DNA of 64,000 bases from Actinomycetes bacterium (GCA_021414085.1 JAIOPC010000011.1:128914-192913), one strand, 5' to 3'; shown: positions 10,183 to 19,980, counted from the first letter of the stretch. Translations and numbers: made by a program. Notes: generated by a model from the letters alone, not told the origin.

Positions 10183-12195
10183 ATGGCCACCGCCCGCACC
10201 GTCAAGAAGGCACCTGCAAAGAAGGCGCCCGCCAAGAAGGCAGTCGCACGTCCGGCCGCGCCGCCCAGGGCGCGCGCAAAGCCGCTCGACGCGAAGATCC
10301 CCAAGGGTCCGATCACGGACAAGTGGGATAACTACAAAGCCGACATGAAGTTGATCAACCCCAACAACAAGCGCAAGTTCAAGGTGATTGTTGTTGGTAG
10401 CGGCTTGGCCGGCGCTTCCGCCGCTGCCTCGCTCGCCGAGCTCGGTTACGACGTCGACGTGTTCACGTTCCACGATTCGCCGCGCCGCGCGCACAGCATC
10501 GCCGCGCAGGGCGGCATCAACGCGGCCAAGAACTATCGCGGCGATGGCGACAGCGTGCACCGCTTGTTCTACGACACGATCAAGGGCGGCGACTTCCGCG
10601 CCCGCGAAGCAAACGTGTATCGCCTGGCACAGACGAGCGTAAACATCATCGATCAGATGGTGGCGCAAGGTGTGCCGTTCGCACGCGAGTACGGCGGCTT
10701 GCTGGACACGCGCAGCTTCGGTGGCTCGCAATTGCAGCGCACGTTCTACGCCCGCGGCCAGACCGGCCAGCAGTTGTTGCTCGGCGCGTATCAACAACTC
10801 GCACGCCAGATTGGCCTCGGCACCGTCAAGCTGTGGAACCGCAGCGAACTAGTCGACGTTGTCACCATCGACGGTCGTTGCGCTGGCATCGTCACCCGCG
10901 ACCTCGTGACTGGTGCGGTGCAATCGCACGCCGCGCATGCGACGGTGCTGGCGACCGGCGGCTACGGCAACGTCTTTTTCCTCTCCACCAACGCGATGCA
11001 GTGCAACGTCACCGCTGGCTGGCGCGCACATCGCAAGGGCGCCTTCTTTGCCAACCCGTGCTACACGCAGATTCACCCAACATGCATTCCGCAAAGCGAC
11101 GACACACAATCGAAGCTGACGCTGATGAGCGAGAGCCTGCGCAACGACGGCCGCGTGTGGGTGCCGCTGAAGGCGGGCGATGAGCGCCCCGCGGCGCAGA
11201 TCCCAGAGGCCGAGCGCGACTACTACCTCGAGCGCATGTACCCGAGCTTCGGCAACCTTGCCCCGCGCGACATCGCCTCGCGTGCGGCGAAGCGCGCTGT
11301 CGACAGCGGCCGCGGCGTTGGCCCGCTGAAGAACGGCGTCAACCTCGACTTCGCGGCAGCGATCGCCCGCCTGGGCAAGGACGTTGTCAAAGAGCGCTAC
11401 GGCAACTTGTTCGACATGTACCAGCGCATCACGGGCGAAGATCCCTATGCGACACCGATGCGCATGTATCCGGCCAGCCACTACACGATGGGTGGCTTGT
11501 GGGTCGACTACGAGTTGATGACCACCATCCCCGGTCTCTACGCGGCTGGCGAAGTGAACTTCTCCGATCACGGTGCCAACCGGCTTGGCGCATCAGCGCT
11601 GATGCAAGGCCTCGCCGACGGCTACTTCGTGTTGCCACAAACGATCGGCAACTACTTGGCACCGATGCTGAACAAGCCGATCCCGGGCGTAGAACACCCC
11701 GAGTTCCGCGCCGCCGAGGAAGAAGCAGCGCAGCGCTTCCAGGGCTACCTCAACATCGGCGGCACGCGCTCGCCGGATTGGTTCCATCGCGAGCTGGGCA
11801 AGATCATCTGGAACGACTGTGGTATGGCGCGCGACAAGGCCGGCTTGCAGCGCGCACTCAGCGAGCTACCCGCGTTGTACGACGAGTTCAAAACCGACTT
11901 GCGCGTCACTGGCGATGGCGCCAGCGTCAACCAGACGCTCGAGAAGGCCGGTCGCGTCGACGATTTCTTCCAGCTCGGAATGTTGATGTGCCGCGATGCT
12001 CTCGAACGTCGCGAAAGCTGCGGTGGTCACTTCCGCACGGAGTACCAAGATGCTGAGGGTGAAGCGCAGCGCGACGACGCGAACTTCGCGCACGTCGCGG
12101 CGTGGGAGTTCACCGGCGACCCGATGAAGTCGACTCGCCACAAAGAGGAACTCGAATTCGAAACGATTCACCTCGCCAAGCGGAGCTACAAGTGA
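10183..12195 (+). CDS. sdhA: succinate dehydrogenase/fumarate reductase flavoprotein subunit, with Lys/Ala/Pro-rich N-terminal tail
   Basis: FAD motif [14 protein letters not shown] and HPTC region. The ATG at 10183 is preceded by GGGGGAG, 5 nt after the sdhC stop. Confidence 0.93.
   Translation: MATARTVKKAPAKKAPAKKAVARPAAPPRARAKPLDAKIPKGPITDKWDNYKADMKLINPNNKRKFKVIVVGSGLAGASAAASLAELGYDVDVFTFHDSPRRAHSIAAQGGINAAKNYRGDGDSVHRLFYDTIKGGDFRAREANVYRLAQTSVNIIDQMVAQGVPFAREYGGLLDTRSFGGSQLQRTFYARGQTGQQLLLGAYQQLARQIGLGTVKLWNRSELVDVVTIDGRCAGIVTRDLVTGAVQSHAAHATVLATGGYGNVFFLSTNAMQCNVTAGWRAHRKGAFFANPCYTQIHPTCIPQSDDTQSKLTLMSESLRNDGRVWVPLKAGDERPAAQIPEAERDYYLERMYPSFGNLAPRDIASRAAKRAVDSGRGVGPLKNGVNLDFAAAIARLGKDVVKERYGNLFDMYQRITGEDPYATPMRMYPASHYTMGGLWVDYELMTTIPGLYAAGEVNFSDHGANRLGASALMQGLADGYFVLPQTIGNYLAPMLNKPIPGVEHPEFRAAEEEAAQRFQGYLNIGGTRSPDWFHRELGKIIWNDCGMARDKAGLQRALSELPALYDEFKTDLRVTGDGASVNQTLEKAGRVDDFFQLGMLMCRDALERRESCGGHFRTEYQDAEGEAQRDDANFAHVAAWEFTGDPMKSTRHKEELEFETIHLAKRSYK
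10204..10248 (+). repeat. 15-bp in-frame tandem repeat x3 encoding (KKAPA)-like units in the sdhA 5' end
   Basis: Units aagaaggcacctgca / aagaaggcgcccgcc / aagaaggcagtcgca. Confidence 0.85.
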
Positions 12196-12965
12196 GCCAT
12201 CTCGAAAACCTCGTCCTCAAGATCTGGCGCCAGAATGGGCCAGGCGATGCCGGTCGTTTCCAGAGCTACCGCATCGACAGAATCAGCGACGAAGCATCGT
12301 TCCTCGAAATGCTGGATGTACTGAACGAGAAGCTGATCGGCGAAGGCCTGGAAGCAATCACGTTCGATCACGACTGCCGCGAAGGAATCTGCGGTACTTG
12401 TTCGCTGATGATCGACGGACGCGCGCACGGCCCGCAGAAGGGCACTGCGACCTGTCAGTTGCACATGCGCATGTTCAAGAGCGGTGACACGATCGTTGTC
12501 GAGCCGTGGCGCGCGACCGCGTTCCCGATCATCAAGGACCTGATGGTCGATCGCTCCGCGTTCGATCGCATCATCGAGTCCGGTGGTTTCATCACCGCAT
12601 CCACTGGTGGAGCGCCGGAAGCGAACCTGACGCCGGTGCCCAAGCCCGTCGCTGATGCCGCGATGGATGCGGCCGAATGCATCGGTTGTGGTGCATGCGT
12701 GGCCGCGTGCCCGAACGGTGCGGCCAACCTGTTCGCCGCCGCCAAGGTCAGCCACCTCAACCTGTTGCCGCAGGGCCAAGCCGAACGCTGGAGCCGAGTG
12801 CAGGCCATGGTGGAATCGATGGACGACTACTTCGGTTCGTGCACAAACCACGGCGAATGCGAAGCAGCCTGCCCGAAGGAAATCAGCATCGACTTCATCG
12901 CGCTGATGCATAGCGACTATCTGAAGGCGAAGATCAAAGACCGCAAGCTGATTAGCCAGCAGTAA
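12192..12965 (+). CDS. sdhB: succinate dehydrogenase/fumarate reductase iron-sulfur subunit
   Basis: Three Cys clusters: [44 protein letters not shown]. The GTG start overlaps the sdhA stop (GTGA). Confidence 0.92.
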   Translation: MSHLENLVLKIWRQNGPGDAGRFQSYRIDRISDEASFLEMLDVLNEKLIGEGLEAITFDHDCREGICGTCSLMIDGRAHGPQKGTATCQLHMRMFKSGDTIVVEPWRATAFPIIKDLMVDRSAFDRIIESGGFITASTGGAPEANLTPVPKPVADAAMDAAECIGCGACVAACPNGAANLFAAAKVSHLNLLPQGQAERWSRVQAMVESMDDYFGSCTNHGECEAACPKEISIDFIALMHSDYLKAKIKDRKLISQQ

Positions 12966-15146
12966 TCAGCCAGCAGTAACGCCCGCACCGTCGGTCACGT
13001 TGGCCGCGTAGCGATTGGTTGCCGCCGCGTCGGCATGTTCCAGCGTCAAGTCGAACCACAGCGCACCCGGAACGCTGGGCACCACAAACTGCACGGTTCC
13101 AACGCGTACGCACGAATCGGGCGGCACGGAACCACTCCACTGCCATTCGTGCCCACCGCCGGGCCAACGCAATTTGCCGGTGCACAGCACATCGTCGAGC
13201 GGAATGCGCAAGTCGCTGATGACGTGCACGTCGAGCGCGATTGCTTCGCCCGCCACGAGCTGCGAACGCATGCGTTCGGCAACGACGATCACCGGATGGC
13301 ACGCCTCGGTGACCGCTTGATAGGCCAGCTTCGGTTGCCGCTCATGATCAAGAACACCCCACGACACCGCGGGCGACGGATCGTTCAGCGCGGTGAAACA
13401 GAAGCCGCCGGTCGGGCGGTACTTCAAGCGGCGCAGTGTCTCGATGTAGTGGCGCAAGACTTCTGCTTGGTAGCGCTGTGTGGCGGTGCGCCAGGAGTCG
13501 AACGTGTCGTAGTCGGCGGGCGGTACGTGACGCGTCATCGGCTCCAATTGCAAACCGTGATGGCGTGCGAGGCTGGCCCAGTTCAGGTTCGGCCAGTCCT
13601 GCGGATGCATGAAGTCGGCGGTGTTCGGAACTGATTGAGCGCCGAACTCGCTGACGAACTCGGTCATTTGCGGCAGCGATGCAGCAAACCCATCCAGATC
13701 GTTCAGCGATCCGTGGTGCCAACCGAACGACAGATGGCTGTCGGTGCCGCGACCGGTCGGTAGGTGCGGCGCGACACCACTGTGTGCGATGACTGGGCGC
13801 GTTTCGTCGGCCGCTTCAAACGCGCGCTTCACCCAACGATCGAGGATGCTGCGGTTCCATCCGGGCAACTGTTGGCGAACGATGTTGCTGACGATCGAGG
13901 TGCCAGCCGCATCGGCGCCGGCGCCAGGCGTTGGTGCCGGGTCGTTGTGCGCGCACCACAGCACGATGCTGGGATGGTGACCAAGCAGGTCGACGGCTTC
14001 GCGTGCTTGGCGCACCGCCTGTCGGCGAATCGTTCGGGTGTAGCCCCATTGCAGCGGAAAGTCCTGCCACACCATCATGCCTAGCTCGTCGGCCGCGGCG
14101 TACAACTCGGGGCGGCCGATGTGGCCTTGCACGCGCACGAGATCGAGCCCTGCGTCGCGCGCGAACTCGATGTCGCGGCGCACTTCCGCTGGGGTTGCCT
14201 CGGCGAGTGCCGCACGCGTGGGTGCGAGGTCGGCCCCCTTACTGAACAGCCGCTCGCCGTTCACCGAGATCACCCAGTCCTGCATCGCAGTTTCGCGAAG
14301 ACCGGTGCGCACCGTGCGCGTATCGCTGATGGTGCTTTCGTGCGCGGTGTCGCGTTCGGTCAGCACCTCGACGGTCACGTCGGTGAGCGGCTGTGCGCCG
14401 AGACTCCATGGCCACCACAGGTCGGGATTCTTGACGTCGAGGTTCCAGTCGACTTCATTCATGCCACCGGCGAGCGAGCGTGAATGCTCGACGACCACTG
14501 CCTTGCCCGATGACTGCGCCCCAACCGTTGTGCGCAGCGTGATCGTGCGGGTGGTGTCGCTGTCCAGACGCGCGTGAATGCGGAGGTGCGCGCGCGAATC
14601 GTTGGCATCGCGACACAACACGCGTAGGCGATCGATGCGCACTGCGCCGGTCTCTTCGATGTGAACCGGCGCCCACAAGCCGCCCGGGTTCCAATCCTGA
14701 TCAAGCGTGTCGCTGTGCTGAAAGACGCCGGTGATGTTGCGCTTAGCGGTGCGTTGCCGCTGTGGCGCGCACGCGACCTCGACGGCCAACACGTGCTCGG
14801 TCGCTAAGCGACTGAGGCCGGTGATGTCGAACGAGTGCGGAAAGAAGTACCCCTCCGGGTCACCTAGGTATGCACCATCGAGCCACACATCGGCTTGGTA
14901 GAAAACGCCGTCCAGCGTGACGAAGCGACGCCGCCCGGCTTCGGGTCGGTCTTGCTCGAAACGATGGCGGTACAGCAGCGGCCCGTCGCTGGTTCGGAAC
15001 TCCTCCGTCGAGCGCCAGTGGCCGGGCACGGGGACCTCGGCCCAATCGTCGTCTACGTGATCGAGCCCGATTCCGACGCGACGCACTTCGTCGTCGGCGG
15101 CAACCGCTCGCCATAAGCCAACCGACGCCGAACCCGACAACTCCAC
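12966..15146 (-). CDS. glycoside hydrolase family 2 (beta-mannosidase/beta-galactosidase-like)
   Basis: 726 aa. N-terminal sugar-binding-like region (FYQADVWLDGAYLG) and TIM-barrel region (VWQDFPLQW) typical of GH2. No signal peptide seen. Confidence 0.8.
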   Translation of the reverse strand: MELSGSASVGLWRAVAADDEVRRVGIGLDHVDDDWAEVPVPGHWRSTEEFRTSDGPLLYRHRFEQDRPEAGRRRFVTLDGVFYQADVWLDGAYLGDPEGYFFPHSFDITGLSRLATEHVLAVEVACAPQRQRTAKRNITGVFQHSDTLDQDWNPGGLWAPVHIEETGAVRIDRLRVLCRDANDSRAHLRIHARLDSDTTRTITLRTTVGAQSSGKAVVVEHSRSLAGGMNEVDWNLDVKNPDLWWPWSLGAQPLTDVTVEVLTERDTAHESTISDTRTVRTGLRETAMQDWVISVNGERLFSKGADLAPTRAALAEATPAEVRRDIEFARDAGLDLVRVQGHIGRPELYAAADELGMMVWQDFPLQWGYTRTIRRQAVRQAREAVDLLGHHPSIVLWCAHNDPAPTPGAGADAAGTSIVSNIVRQQLPGWNRSILDRWVKRAFEAADETRPVIAHSGVAPHLPTGRGTDSHLSFGWHHGSLNDLDGFAASLPQMTEFVSEFGAQSVPNTADFMHPQDWPNLNWASLARHHGLQLEPMTRHVPPADYDTFDSWRTATQRYQAEVLRHYIETLRRLKYRPTGGFCFTALNDPSPAVSWGVLDHERQPKLAYQAVTEACHPVIVVAERMRSQLVAGEAIALDVHVISDLRIPLDDVLCTGKLRWPGGGHEWQWSGSVPPDSCVRVGTVQFVVPSVPGALWFDLTLEHADAAATNRYAANVTDGAGVTAG

Positions 15147-15202
15147 AAGTGCGAGCGTACGCGGTGGTTGGGCTTCGGAAGCGCCGCTGTATCGTCCGAT
15201 GC

Positions 15203-16615
15203 ATGGCGAACCGTGCTGCGACGTTGGGCGAGTTGAGGGCGAGCGGCTGGCAATCAGTGCCAGTAAAGGAAGAAATCCGTGCCAACGCGGTGCGCCGTAT
15301 CGCCGCCGGCCAGCCGTTGTTTGAGGGTGTGCTGGGCTACGAGCACACCGTCATGCCACAGCTCGAGAACGCGCTGCTCGCCGGGCACGACGTGATCTTC
15401 CTGGGCGAGCGCGGCCAGGCCAAGACCCGAATGATTCGCAGCCTCACCGGGCTGCTCGACGAGTGGATGCCGATCGTCGCCGGCAGCGAGATCAACGACG
15501 ATCCCTATGCGCCGGTCAGCAAGCACGCCCGCGACCTGGTTGCCGAGTTGGGTGATGCGACCCCGATCGATTGGGTGCACCGCGATACGCGCTACGGCGA
15601 GAAGCTGGCAACGCCCGACACATCGATCGCCGACCTGATCGGCGAGGTCGATCCCATCAAGGTCGCCGAGGGCCGCTACCTCAGCGACGAGCTGACGCTG
15701 CACTACGGGTTGGTACCGCGCACGAATCGTGGCATCTTCGCGATCAACGAGATCCCCGACCTTGCCGAACGCATTCAAGTTGGCCTGCTCAACGTGTTGG
15801 AAGAGCGCGACGTACAAATACGCGGCTACAAGATTCGGCTTCCGCTCGACGTGCTGCTCGTTGCCTCCGCGAACCCGGAGGACTACACCAACCGTGGTCG
15901 CATCATCACGCCGCTGAAGGATCGGTTTGGCAGCCAGATCCGAACGCACTATCCGCTCGACGTCGATACCGAAGTAGCGATCATGCACCAAGAGGCGCGC
16001 GCCGCATCGGTGGGCGATGTCACGGTGCGCGTACCTGCCTACATCGAGCGTGTCGTCGCCACGTTCAGCCAACTAGCCCGTACCAGCGCTCACGTCAACC
16101 AACGCAGCGGCGTCAGCGTGCGACTGTCGGTCAGCAACGTGGAAGTGCTCGCCGCCAACGCTTTGCGTCGGGGCCTGCGTGCCGGTGAACAGTCGGTCGT
16201 GCCGCGCGTGTGCGACCTCGCCGCTCTTGCTGCGAGCACCAGCGGCAAGGTCGAGATCGAGTCGCTTGAGGAAGGCCGCGAAGGCGTCATTCTGGAAAAC
16301 CTGGTCAAGGCCGCGGTGCTCACCGTGTTCAAGGAGCAAGTACCGCTCGATCAGGTGCGCGAGGTTGTCGACGCGTTCGAAGCGGGCGTCGTCGCCCACA
16401 CTGGCGAAGAGATTGCTTCCACCGAACTCGCGCGACTGATCGACGAGATGCCTGCGCTGCGTACTGCAGTCAACTCGCTTGCTGGCGGCGACGAATCGCC
16501 GGCAGCGGTTGCTGCGGCGGTCGAGTTCGTTCTGGAGGGATTGCATCTCTCAAAACGCTTGAACAAGGACGCTGTTGCGGGCTCGTCGGCCGCGACGTAC
16601 CGCGGTCGCGGTTAG
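15203..16615 (+). CDS. ChlI/MoxR-like AAA+ ATPase (magnesium-chelatase subunit I-like)
   Basis: Walker A GERGQAKT. Degenerate Walker B GIFAINEIPDL. RGRIITPLKDRFG resembles the ChlI/BchI sensor region. Start moved to the ATG at 15203. Confidence 0.8.
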   Translation: MANRAATLGELRASGWQSVPVKEEIRANAVRRIAAGQPLFEGVLGYEHTVMPQLENALLAGHDVIFLGERGQAKTRMIRSLTGLLDEWMPIVAGSEINDDPYAPVSKHARDLVAELGDATPIDWVHRDTRYGEKLATPDTSIADLIGEVDPIKVAEGRYLSDELTLHYGLVPRTNRGIFAINEIPDLAERIQVGLLNVLEERDVQIRGYKIRLPLDVLLVASANPEDYTNRGRIITPLKDRFGSQIRTHYPLDVDTEVAIMHQEARAASVGDVTVRVPAYIERVVATFSQLARTSAHVNQRSGVSVRLSVSNVEVLAANALRRGLRAGEQSVVPRVCDLAALAASTSGKVEIESLEEGREGVILENLVKAAVLTVFKEQVPLDQVREVVDAFEAGVVAHTGEEIASTELARLIDEMPALRTAVNSLAGGDESPAAVAAAVEFVLEGLHLSKRLNKDAVAGSSAATYRGRG

Positions 16616-16621
16616 GCCCCG

Positions 16622-17065
16622 ATGTACAAGGCATCGGTTCGTGCGATCTTGCGGCACAGCGTCAAGAAGTTGAACGCTGGCGACCCGAGTCTGCTGCTGA
16701 AGTTGGCAGCCCCCGACATGCAACTGGTGTTTCCCGGCGACAACTCGTGGGCGCGCATGTATCGACCTGTTGTGAAGGGCCGCGAGCGGCATGTCACCCA
16801 TAGCGGCGTTGACGAGTGCATGGGCTTCGCGCAACGATTCGTCGATCACGGCATTCAGTTTGTGATCGAAGACATCCTCGTCAACGGCCCGCCGTGGAAC
16901 ACCCGCATTGCGCTGCGCGTTCATGTGTTCATCCCTGGCACCGACGGACACGACGCGTACAACAACCGCGCGACCGCATTTCTAGAAGCGCGCTGGGGTC
17001 GCCTTGTGAAGTGGGAAGACTACGAAGACACCGAGCGTGTTGCGGCCTTCGACGCCGCCGTCTAG
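16622..17065 (+). CDS. NTF2/SnoaL-like fold protein
   Basis: 147 aa. General resemblance to SnoaL/ketosteroid-isomerase-like small proteins. Starts 6 nt after the AAA+ stop. Confidence 0.6.
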   Translation: MYKASVRAILRHSVKKLNAGDPSLLLKLAAPDMQLVFPGDNSWARMYRPVVKGRERHVTHSGVDECMGFAQRFVDHGIQFVIEDILVNGPPWNTRIALRVHVFIPGTDGHDAYNNRATAFLEARWGRLVKWEDYEDTERVAAFDAAV

Positions 17066-17069
17066 CGCG

Positions 17070-17621
17070 TCAGGTCAGGAACGGGCTGCGGGTCCACAGC
17101 TCGCCAGTGTCGGTGCTGGCGGAAAGCTTCGGTTCGCCGCTCAGTGCGACGACGCTGATCGCACCGGGGAAGCCACGCAGCTCCAACTCGCCGTGGGGGG
17201 CTGCCGTCACGCCCTCGGGAAGGCGCTCAAGTTGCATGGTTGGCAGCAACACGTCGTGCGGGCCGGCGGCGTCGCATAGGCGCGAGGCCATGTTGACGGC
17301 CGAGCCGATGTAGTCGTCGCCCTCGAACAGCAGCGCATGCCCGCTGGCGATACCGACGCGCAGGGCGAGGGGCTCGCACACCTCGGCGGAGCGGCGTTCG
17401 AGCTCGAGCGCGAACGCAATCGCATTGGTTTGCTCAATGGAAACGACCATGCAACCGTCGCCCAACCACTTGGCAATTCGCACCCCGCGCTCGCTCGCGA
17501 CCTGCCGGGCGATTGTGCGGAACGCGCCGAGAAGTCGGCCAGCGGCATCGTCGCCAAAGGCGGCGGTGTAGTTCGTAAACCCCGAAAGGTCAACGAATTC
17601 GAACGTGCGTGGAACGCGCAT
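17070..17621 (-). CDS. minimal class III adenylate/guanylate cyclase (catalytic domain only)
   Basis: Metal-binding FVDLSGFT and KWLGDGCM. Transition-state residues in GSAVNMASRL. 183 aa with no sensor or TM domain. Confidence 0.85.
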   Translation of the reverse strand: MRVPRTFEFVDLSGFTNYTAAFGDDAAGRLLGAFRTIARQVASERGVRIAKWLGDGCMVVSIEQTNAIAFALELERRSAEVCEPLALRVGIASGHALLFEGDDYIGSAVNMASRLCDAAGPHDVLLPTMQLERLPEGVTAAPHGELELRGFPGAISVVALSGEPKLSASTDTGELWTRSPFLT

Positions 17622-17644
17622 GGGGCAAGCCTACTTGGCCTCGG

Positions 17645-17672
17645 CCAGCTTGTGATGGCATTCACAAGCTGG
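17645..17672. promoter_or_regulatory. CRP/GlxR-type palindrome CCAGCTTGTGA-tggcat-TCACAAGCTGG
   Basis: Perfect 11+11 inverted repeat containing the TGTGA-N6-TCACA core (17651-17666). Centred about 38 nt upstream of the cyclase ATG. TAGGCT -10-like hexamer (minus strand, 17633-17628) lies 6 nt before that ATG. Confidence 0.55.
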
Positions 17673-17817
17673 TAACGCGGTGTTCACGTTTCGCCACGAA
17701 TCAAAGGCCACACCACATATGTCGGCACGGCAGGGCGCTGCCTCAAGGACCGCCCACCGTCCGCGCCGCCTGACGGCGACCCTTCACGCTCTTGAGCAGA
17801 AAGGTAGGTTCTTGTCG

Positions 17818-19863
17818 ATGCCTGGTCGCTTTACGTACTCACGCTGGGACGGCACGCAAAAGGGCTTCGACCTCGACGCCGACGGCTTGTTCGACCAGCT
17901 CACCGACGACCTGCTGTACCACGGCGACGTCAACGCGGCGCTGCGCCGGTTGATGCAGGAGGGCATGCGCGACCGCAACGGCGAGCGCGTGCAGGGCCTG
18001 CGCGAAATGCTCGAGCGACTACGCGAGCAGCGCCAGGAACGACTCGACCGTCACGACCTCGGCGGCGTGTACCAAGAGATCGCCGACGAGTTGAACGACA
18101 TCGTCGACGAGGAACGCCACGCCATCGAGCAAGCGACATCGGCTGCCGAGCGCAGTGGTGATGAGCGCCGTACCAAGGCGGCGCGCGACGCAGCGGAGGA
18201 TCGCAACTTCCGGCTCGACATGCTGCCCGATGATCTTGCGGGCAAAGTGCGCGAACTGTCGGCGTACGACTTCGAGAGTGCCGATGCGCAACGTCGCTTC
18301 GAGCAACTGCTCGACAAGTTGCGCCAACAGCTGACGCAGCAGATGGTCGACCAGATGTCGTCGTCGATGCAGAACATGACGCCAGCAGACATGGCGCGCA
18401 TGAAAGACATGATGGCTGCGCTCAACGAAATGCTCGAGAAGCGCGAACGCGGCGAAGACCCTGGCTTCGACCAGTTCATGGAGCAGTTCGGCGACTTCTT
18501 CCCGGAGAACCCGAAGAACCTCGACGAACTGCTCGAGCAAATGGCGCGCCGCATGGCCGCGATGCAGGCAATGCTCAACTCGATGAGCCCCGAGCAGCGG
18601 GCACAGCTGCAAGAGCTCAGCAATCAGTTGCTCGACGACATGGATCTGCGCTGGCAGATGGATCAACTGGGTCGCAACCTGCAATCGATGTTCCCGCAGA
18701 TGGGTTGGGGCCAGTCGTACGACTTCGAGGGCAGCGACCCAATGGGCATGGGCCAAGCGATGCAGACCATGCAGGAGTTGGGCGATCTCGATCAGCTGGA
18801 GAACCTGCTGCGCAACGCCACCAACCCGGGCGCACTCGCCGAGGCAGACATGGATCGCGTGCGTGATCTGCTTGGCGACGACGCAGCCCGATCACTCGAA
18901 CGCCTCGCCCAACTCACCAAGATGCTGCAGGAGCAGGGTCTCATCCAACAAAAGGAAGGTCGGCTGGAACTGACGCCCAAGGGCCTGCGCAAGATCGGCA
19001 GCAACGCACTGCGCGATCTGTACAGCAAGTTGGCGAAAGATCGGATGGGGCAACACCAACTCGACACTCTCGGTCAGGGCCACGAGCGCACCTACGAGAC
19101 CAAGGCCTACGAGTTCGGCGATCCGTTCAACCTCGATCTGCAACGAACCATCCGCAACGCGCTGCGCCGGCGCGCCGTTGCCGGTGACGTGGCGGACGAC
19201 GACCAGCAGCGCGCGGTCAAGCTGTCGCCCGACGACTTCGAAATCGAGCGCACCGAACACGTGACTCGCTCGTCGACCGTCTTGATGCTCGACCTGTCGA
19301 TGAGCATGCCCATGCGCGACAACTTCTTGCCAGCCAAGAAGGTTGCAATGGCGCTGCACTCGCTGATCACCTCGCAGTTCCCACGCGACTACATGGGACT
19401 GGTCGGTTTCAGCGAAACGGCATACGCGCTCACGCCGGCACAGCTACCCGAGGTCAGCTGGGACTTCGCCTACGGCACCAACATGCACCACGGGTTCACG
19501 CTCGCCCGCCAGATGCTGGCGCGCCAGACCGGCACCAAGCAGATCATCATGATCACCGACGGCGAGCCCACGGCCCACATCACCCCAAGCGGCGACGTGT
19601 ACTTCAATTACCCGCCGGTGCAGGCAACAGTGGAGGCCACGCTTCGCGAAGTAGTGCGTTGCACGCGCGAAGGCATCCGCATCAACACCTTCATGCTCGA
19701 CGCCGATTCCGGCCTGCGCTCCTTCGTCGAGAAGCTGACATCGATCAACCGCGGTCGCGCGTTCTTCACCAATCACCAGACCCTCGGCGACTACGTGCTG
19801 GTCGATTTCATCGAGCACAAGCGGCAACTCGCACGTGGCCGCGCGGCCCGTCGCGCTGGCTAA
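17818..19863 (+). CDS. VWA-domain protein, ChlD/CobT-like (Met/Gln-rich helical linker plus C-terminal VWA)
   Basis: MIDAS motif DLSMSM. C-terminal Rossmann-like VWA region (IIMITDGEPTAH). The ATG at 17818 is preceded by AAAGG. Confidence 0.8.
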   Translation: MPGRFTYSRWDGTQKGFDLDADGLFDQLTDDLLYHGDVNAALRRLMQEGMRDRNGERVQGLREMLERLREQRQERLDRHDLGGVYQEIADELNDIVDEERHAIEQATSAAERSGDERRTKAARDAAEDRNFRLDMLPDDLAGKVRELSAYDFESADAQRRFEQLLDKLRQQLTQQMVDQMSSSMQNMTPADMARMKDMMAALNEMLEKRERGEDPGFDQFMEQFGDFFPENPKNLDELLEQMARRMAAMQAMLNSMSPEQRAQLQELSNQLLDDMDLRWQMDQLGRNLQSMFPQMGWGQSYDFEGSDPMGMGQAMQTMQELGDLDQLENLLRNATNPGALAEADMDRVRDLLGDDAARSLERLAQLTKMLQEQGLIQQKEGRLELTPKGLRKIGSNALRDLYSKLAKDRMGQHQLDTLGQGHERTYETKAYEFGDPFNLDLQRTIRNALRRRAVAGDVADDDQQRAVKLSPDDFEIERTEHVTRSSTVLMLDLSMSMPMRDNFLPAKKVAMALHSLITSQFPRDYMGLVGFSETAYALTPAQLPEVSWDFAYGTNMHHGFTLARQMLARQTGTKQIIMITDGEPTAHITPSGDVYFNYPPVQATVEATLREVVRCTREGIRINTFMLDADSGLRSFVEKLTSINRGRAFFTNHQTLGDYVLVDFIEHKRQLARGRAARRAG

Positions 19864-19884
19864 CCCAGCTCTTCGCAAACACCC

Positions 19885-19902
19885 TTGTCAGAGTGTTGAC
19901 AA
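19885..19902. promoter_or_regulatory. perfect palindrome TTGTCA-gagtgt-TGACAA overlapping a TTGACA -35-like hexamer upstream of whiB
   Basis: 6+6 inverted repeat with a 6-nt spacer. TTGACA lies at 19896-19901, about 105 nt before the whiB ATG. Confidence 0.45.
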
Positions 19903-19958
19903 ATCCCCCCTTGCGCGGAGGTGATGTGATATGGGAGAATGACATTTATGTAATTACA

Positions 19959-19980
19959 GGGGTGTCGCAGTCGACACCCC
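19959..19980 (+). other. GC-rich stem-loop in the whiB leader (GGGGTGTCG-cagt-CGACACCCC)
   Basis: 9-bp perfect stem with a 4-nt loop and no U tract. Follows an AT-rich 40-nt island that is unusual for this genome. Confidence 0.45.

Noticed and set aside
17070-17621. Minimal cyclase as a Pycsar/CBASS-type antiphage signalling gene
   Set aside because: No adjacent effector (cNMP-binding, TIR, TM or phospholipase) and no mobile or defence-island context. The housekeeping neighbourhood and the CRP-type operator favour ordinary cAMP signalling.
15203-19863. AAA+/VWA pair as a MoxR-VWA ternary conflict or defence system
   Set aside because: No third component or effector domain (protease, nuclease, TIR, caspase-like) is encoded nearby. 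The ATPase looks ChlI-like rather than the classic MoxR of those systems. I kept it as an orphan remodelling pair instead.
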